Of a DNA stretch of 64,000 nt, positions 60,181 to 64,000 are shown piece after piece. Position 1 is the first letter of the stretch. Each line of letters starts with the position of its first letter. This DNA is from Thermoanaerobacteraceae bacterium (lineage in GTDB: Bacteria > Bacillota > Thermoanaerobacteria > Thermoanaerobacterales > Thermoanaerobacteraceae). The notes beneath the pieces were generated by a model that ran no database searches, was not told the origin of the DNA, and was given only the letters and a program-made list of their open reading frames with translations. The position numbers were made by a program, and so were the translations under genes. Location of the stretch: contig JBNAVY010000003.1 of assembly GCA_049700195.1 (NCBI GenBank), positions 17,860 through 81,859 of the forward strand. The letters run 5' to 3'.

Positions 60181-61241
60181 TCTGTATCCTCCTTGATTAA
60201 TGTATATATCTCTTTGATTAACTCATCTACAAGATCTTTTTCTTTAACTTTTTTATATACTTTTCCTTTTTTGAAAATCAAACCTTCTCCATCTCCACCT
60301 GCTATCCCAATATCTGCTTCTTTAGCTTCACCTGGACCATTTACAGCACATCCCATAACAGCTATCTTAATATTCTGCTTTATATTTTTAGTTTTTTCTA
60401 AAACTTCATCTGCAACCTTTATAAGATCTATTTTTGTCCTGCCACATGTAGGACATGAAATAAGTTCTACACCTTCATTTAAAAGGCCTAAAGACTTAAG
60501 AATCTGTTTTGCTACCCAGACTTCTTCAACTGGATCTCCAGTTAAAGAGATTCTTATTGTGTCTCCAATACCCATATTCAATAATATTCCAATCCCAACA
60601 GAGGATTTTATTGTACCCGTTTTAATAGTTCCAGATTCTGTAATACCAATATGCAAAGGATAATCTACTTTTTCTGATGCAATTTCATAAGATTTTATAG
60701 TTAATGGAACGTTAGAAGTTTTTAAAGATAAAATTATATCATAAAAACCTAACTTCTCTAATATTAACACATTTTTAAGTGCACTTTCAACTATACCTTC
60801 AGCAGTTACACCCTTATATTTATTTAAAATCTCTTTTTCTAAAGATCCTGAGTTTACGCCTATTCTTATAGGTACGTTTTTTTCTTTTGCTGCATCAACA
60901 ACCATTTTTATTTTATCTGTACTGCCAATATTCCCAGGATTTATTCTAATCTTATCAGCACCATTTTCAATAGATTTTATAGCTAGTTTATAATCGAAAT
61001 GAATATCAGCTACAATTGGTATATTAATCTGTTTCTTTATTATAGACAAAGCCTTTGCTGATTCTTCATCTGGCACTGCAACTCTTATAATATCACAGCC
61101 TGCATCTTCTAATTTTTTTATTTGTTCTACAGTTTTTAAAACATCAGAAGTTTTTGTATTTGTCATGGACTGTATTGATATAGGTGAATTTCCTCCTATA
61201 TATGAATTCCCAACTTTTATTTTCCTTGTCATTTTTCTCAT
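60177..61241 (-). CDS. ispG: 4-hydroxy-3-methylbut-2-en-1-yl diphosphate synthase
   Basis: 354 aa; GcpE family, Fe-S ligands in CPTCGR and GCAVNGPGE. Confidence 0.95.
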   Translation of the reverse strand: MRKMTRKIKVGNSYIGGNSPISIQSMTNTKTSDVLKTVEQIKKLEDAGCDIIRVAVPDEESAKALSIIKKQINIPIVADIHFDYKLAIKSIENGADKIRINPGNIGSTDKIKMVVDAAKEKNVPIRIGVNSGSLEKEILNKYKGVTAEGIVESALKNVLILEKLGFYDIILSLKTSNVPLTIKSYEIASEKVDYPLHIGITESGTIKTGTIKSSVGIGILLNMGIGDTIRISLTGDPVEEVWVAKQILKSLGLLNEGVELISCPTCGRTKIDLIKVADEVLEKTKNIKQNIKIAVMGCAVNGPGEAKEADIGIAGGDGEGLIFKKGKVYKKVKEKDLVDELIKEIYTLIKEDTE

Positions 61242-61256
61242 TATTTATCACCTTAC

Positions 61257-62255
61257 TTAAAATATACGTAAAACATCCCTATAAGTTGCAAAAATTATTA
61301 AAGCAATTAAAACCATAAACCCAATATAGTGTATATATCCTTCTTTTTCTGGAGGGAGCGGCTTACCTCTTATGGCTTCAATTAAGACAAAAAGTATTCT
61401 TCCACCATCAAGAGCAGGAAACGGCAAAAGATTAAAAAGACCTAAATTCACACTTATCAATGCAGAAAATATCATCAAATTTAACAAACCGGTTTTAGCA
61501 ACAGTACCTATTGTCTGTACAATTCCAACAGGACCCATTATATCATTAGCAGATACCTTTCCACCTATTAGCATTCCAATTGATATAACTATCATTTTTG
61601 AAAAATATACCGTTTGATCTACTGCTGTCGTAAAAGCTAAAGGTAAAGATTTTTTATATTCCGGTACTATACCAATCATATTTTTAGAAGTTTGCTTGTC
61701 AAAAGTAGGCTTTACTTCTTTAGTTATAATATTTTTATCTCTTTCAATAGTTATATATAACACTTTATCTTTTGTCGAATTAATTGCTTTTTCTAATTGA
61801 TTCCAATTGCCTGTTTCAATATTATCAATCCTTATGATTTTATCGCCTGGTAAAATACCAGCTTTTTGTGCAGGATATCCATTCATAACTGATTTTACCT
61901 GAGTTGTTGGACCACCTATATTAAAAAAAACTATGAAGAGAAGTAAAAAAGCTAAAACAATATTCATAAGAGGACCAGCTGCAAAAACAGCTAATCTGGT
62001 GTACCAAGGCTTATTTATTATAGCTCTAGGATCATCAGATTTTTCGTCTTCTCCAGCTAAAGCTACATAACCCCCAAATAATAATATCCCAAAAGAATAT
62101 ACTGTCTCACCATATTTTTTTTTAAAAAGTTTAGGACCAAATCCTATAGAAAATTCATTAACTTTTGCCCCGGATAATTTAGCTACAATAAAATGACCAA
62201 ACTCGTGAAACATAACTAATATACTCAAAACTATTAAACTAATAATAATTGTCAA
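61257..62255 (-). CDS. rseP: RIP metalloprotease RseP/RasP (site-2 protease)
   Basis: 332 aa; HEFGH zinc motif, PDZ domain, NLLPFPALDGG; TTG start. Confidence 0.93.
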   Translation of the reverse strand: MTIIISLIVLSILVMFHEFGHFIVAKLSGAKVNEFSIGFGPKLFKKKYGETVYSFGILLFGGYVALAGEDEKSDDPRAIINKPWYTRLAVFAAGPLMNIVLAFLLLFIVFFNIGGPTTQVKSVMNGYPAQKAGILPGDKIIRIDNIETGNWNQLEKAINSTKDKVLYITIERDKNIITKEVKPTFDKQTSKNMIGIVPEYKKSLPLAFTTAVDQTVYFSKMIVISIGMLIGGKVSANDIMGPVGIVQTIGTVAKTGLLNLMIFSALISVNLGLFNLLPFPALDGGRILFVLIEAIRGKPLPPEKEGYIHYIGFMVLIALIIFATYRDVLRIF

Positions 62256-62261
62256 ATCATA

Positions 62262-63413
62262 TCACCTCATATAATCTTTTAAAATCTTATTTTTAATTTC
62301 CTTATCTATATTTATTATATCACTAAGAGTTGGATTTTCTATAATTTTATGTTTATTCATATTTTCTTCAACTATTTTATATATATCTAAAAAGTTTATT
62401 TTTTTATTTAAAAACAGATTAACTGCTGCTTCATCAGCAGCATTTAGAACTGCTGTCATTGAACCTCCTGTTTTTAAAGCATCAAAAGCCAAAGTAAGTC
62501 CTCTAAAAGTCAAAACGTCTGGTTTCTCAAAAGTTAATGTATTATTTAATGCAAAATCCAAAAATTTCACTTCTTTTATATGACATCTTCTGGGATAATT
62601 TATTGCATACTGTATTGGAATTCTCATATCAGTTGTAGCCATTTGAGCAATAATACTTCCATCTTTATATTCAACCATAGAATGAATAATACTTTGCGGA
62701 TGAATTACAACATCGATTTTTTCTGGTTCAACATTGAAAAACCATTTAGCTTCTATAACTTCAAAACCTTTATTCATCAATGTAGCAGAATCAACAGTAA
62801 TTTTCTTTCCCATATTCCAATTAGGATGTTTTAAAGTCTGTTCTACAGAAACTGTTTTAAGAAAGTCCGTTTTCATACCTCTAAAAGGTCCTCCAGAAGC
62901 TGTCAATATTAATCTGGATATATCCTCTTTTTTATTCCCTTGCAAACATTGGTGTATCGCACAGTGTTCACTATCAATCGGCAAGAAACTAACATTATAA
63001 ATATTTATAAGGTCTGTTATAAGTTTCCCAGCAGTTACTAAAACTTCTTTTGTTGCCAAAGCAATATTTTTCCCAGATTTAATAGCTTCTACTGTAGGCA
63101 TAAGTCCAGATATACCTTCTAAAGCAATAACAGCCAAATCTGCATTGTATTCTCGTGCCAATTGTTGTAATCCCAAGTCACCTGTAAGAACCTTGATATT
63201 ACTTTTTAGTCTTGCATTAAATTCATCTCTTTTTTCTTCATCTTTTAAAACTACAACTTCAGGTAAAAATTCTTCACACTGTTTTAAAAGCAGATCTACA
63301 TTATTATAAGCAGTTAAACCGACAACCTTAAAATCATTTTTTAAATTTCTTAAAACATCAAGGGTTTGCCTCCCGATAGAACCTGTAGAGCCAAAAATAA
63401 TTATGTTTTTCAT
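62262..63413 (-). CDS. dxr: 1-deoxy-D-xylulose 5-phosphate reductoisomerase
   Basis: 383 aa; GSTGSIG NADPH site, DSEH, cdsA-dxr-rseP order. Confidence 0.96.
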   Translation of the reverse strand: MKNIIIFGSTGSIGRQTLDVLRNLKNDFKVVGLTAYNNVDLLLKQCEEFLPEVVVLKDEEKRDEFNARLKSNIKVLTGDLGLQQLAREYNADLAVIALEGISGLMPTVEAIKSGKNIALATKEVLVTAGKLITDLINIYNVSFLPIDSEHCAIHQCLQGNKKEDISRLILTASGGPFRGMKTDFLKTVSVEQTLKHPNWNMGKKITVDSATLMNKGFEVIEAKWFFNVEPEKIDVVIHPQSIIHSMVEYKDGSIIAQMATTDMRIPIQYAINYPRRCHIKEVKFLDFALNNTLTFEKPDVLTFRGLTLAFDALKTGGSMTAVLNAADEAAVNLFLNKKINFLDIYKIVEENMNKHKIIENPTLSDIINIDKEIKNKILKDYMR

Positions 63414-63430
63414 TTTCGGGCATCCTTTCT

Positions 63431-64000
63431 TTATTTTATAAAAATATTGAGGAAAAAATAAATAAAAGGTGAAACAAAAATAATACTGTCAAATCTATCT
63501 AAAATTCCTCCATGTCCTGGTATTATATTACCATAGTCTTTTAAATGACAATTTCTTTTTATCGCTGAAGCTACTAAATCTCCTGTCTGAGCGACAATAC
63601 TCCCAGTTAATGATAAAATAACAGTTAAATATATGGAAAGTTTTATATCTGGGAAAATCAGAAGAAAAATTATACTGCCAATAATCGAACCTAATAATCC
63701 ACCTATGGATCCCTCAATTGTTTTATGTGGGCTGATTGATGGTATCAATTTAGTTTTCCCAAAATAAACTCCTGTAAAATATGCAAATGTATCTGTAAAC
63801 CATGATACAATAAATACAAACCATACCAGATAAATTCCATGGTTCATTTCCCTTATTTTCATTATATAAAGAAAAAACACAGGAATATACAAAATCCCAA
63901 TTAAAGTCATAGAAACATCTTTTATATTATATTTTTTATTAAAAAGCATAATTGGCATTATAATTATTATAAGCAATGAAATCAATTCAAAATCAGTTAT
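63431..64000 (-). CDS. cdsA: Phosphatidate cytidylyltransferase (partial; N-terminus beyond window)
   Basis: SPHKTIEGSIGG signature and C-terminal GHGGILDRFDS; frame remains open from the track TTG 63985 to the window edge. Confidence 0.9.
   Translation of the reverse strand: MTDFELISLLIIIIMPIMLFNKKYNIKDVSMTLIGILYIPVFFLYIMKIREMNHGIYLVWFVFIVSWFTDTFAYFTGVYFGKTKLIPSISPHKTIEGSIGGLLGSIIGSIIFLLIFPDIKLSIYLTVILSLTGSIVAQTGDLVASAIKRNCHLKDYGNIIPGHGGILDRFDSIIFVSPFIYFFLNIFIK

Noticed and set aside
1-64000. Searched by eye for rRNA, tRNA, tmRNA, RNase P, CRISPR arrays, IS inverted repeats, and defence or toxin-antitoxin gene pairs
   Set aside because: No gap exceeds about 140 nt. There are no GC-rich structured segments and no regularly spaced direct repeats. 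Every ORF above 60 aa with an RBS has a housekeeping or sporulation assignment, apart from one small membrane protein and one GT2.

Overview
This is a visibly AT-rich, gene-dense stretch of core chromosome with all intergenic gaps <=140 nt. Gene content (spoVK, spoVS, ymxH, ylxY, PolC, korDABC) points to a low-GC, endospore-forming Firmicute, probably class Clostridia. I call 64 protein genes; cdsA is cut by the right edge. I see no rRNA, tRNA, CRISPR, transposon or prophage.

Positions 57-23002 are entirely plus-strand: surE; korDABC-rpiR; gdh; phosphatase, flavoprotein and a membrane protein; aroH-cmk-plsC-ispH-rpsA; speH; cheR; miaB; mutSL-miaA-hfq; proC-rnhA; xerC-like. Positions 23018-64000 are entirely minus-strand: cdsA-dxr-rseP-ispG-GT2-polC; rimP-nusA-ylxR-ylxQ-infB-rbfA-nrnA-truB-ribF; rpsO; pnp; ylxY-ymxG-dut-ymxH; dapG; tepA-ylzJ; ftsK; rimO-pgsA-cinA; recA-recX; rny-ymdB; spoVS; PHP-aspB-purB-asnS; spoVK-ynbB. 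The order closely follows the B. subtilis cdsA...spoVS and mutS...hfq regions.

I do not find a convincing novel multi-gene (defence or accessory) system; this is housekeeping DNA. The items worth a second look are regulatory or annotational:
- A four-copy extended promoter motif, G(A/C)AGGAwww-N11-rTAGAATATA, lies upstream of the kor operon, gdh, hfq and spoVS. It is sigma-H-like and near-identical at kor and gdh.
- Two well-conserved genes, aroH and rny, have no canonical start and are best explained by ATT initiation. aroH is absent from the ORF track altogether.
- A perfect 21-bp inverted repeat abuts the RBS of a XerC-like recombinase. That gene sits at a complete coding-strand switch, a candidate replication terminus or inversion joint.
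- A dif-like 29-mer lies upstream of gdh.
- Candidate autoregulatory leaders precede rimP-nusA and rpsO.

All promoter, terminator and leader calls are read by eye and are unverified.
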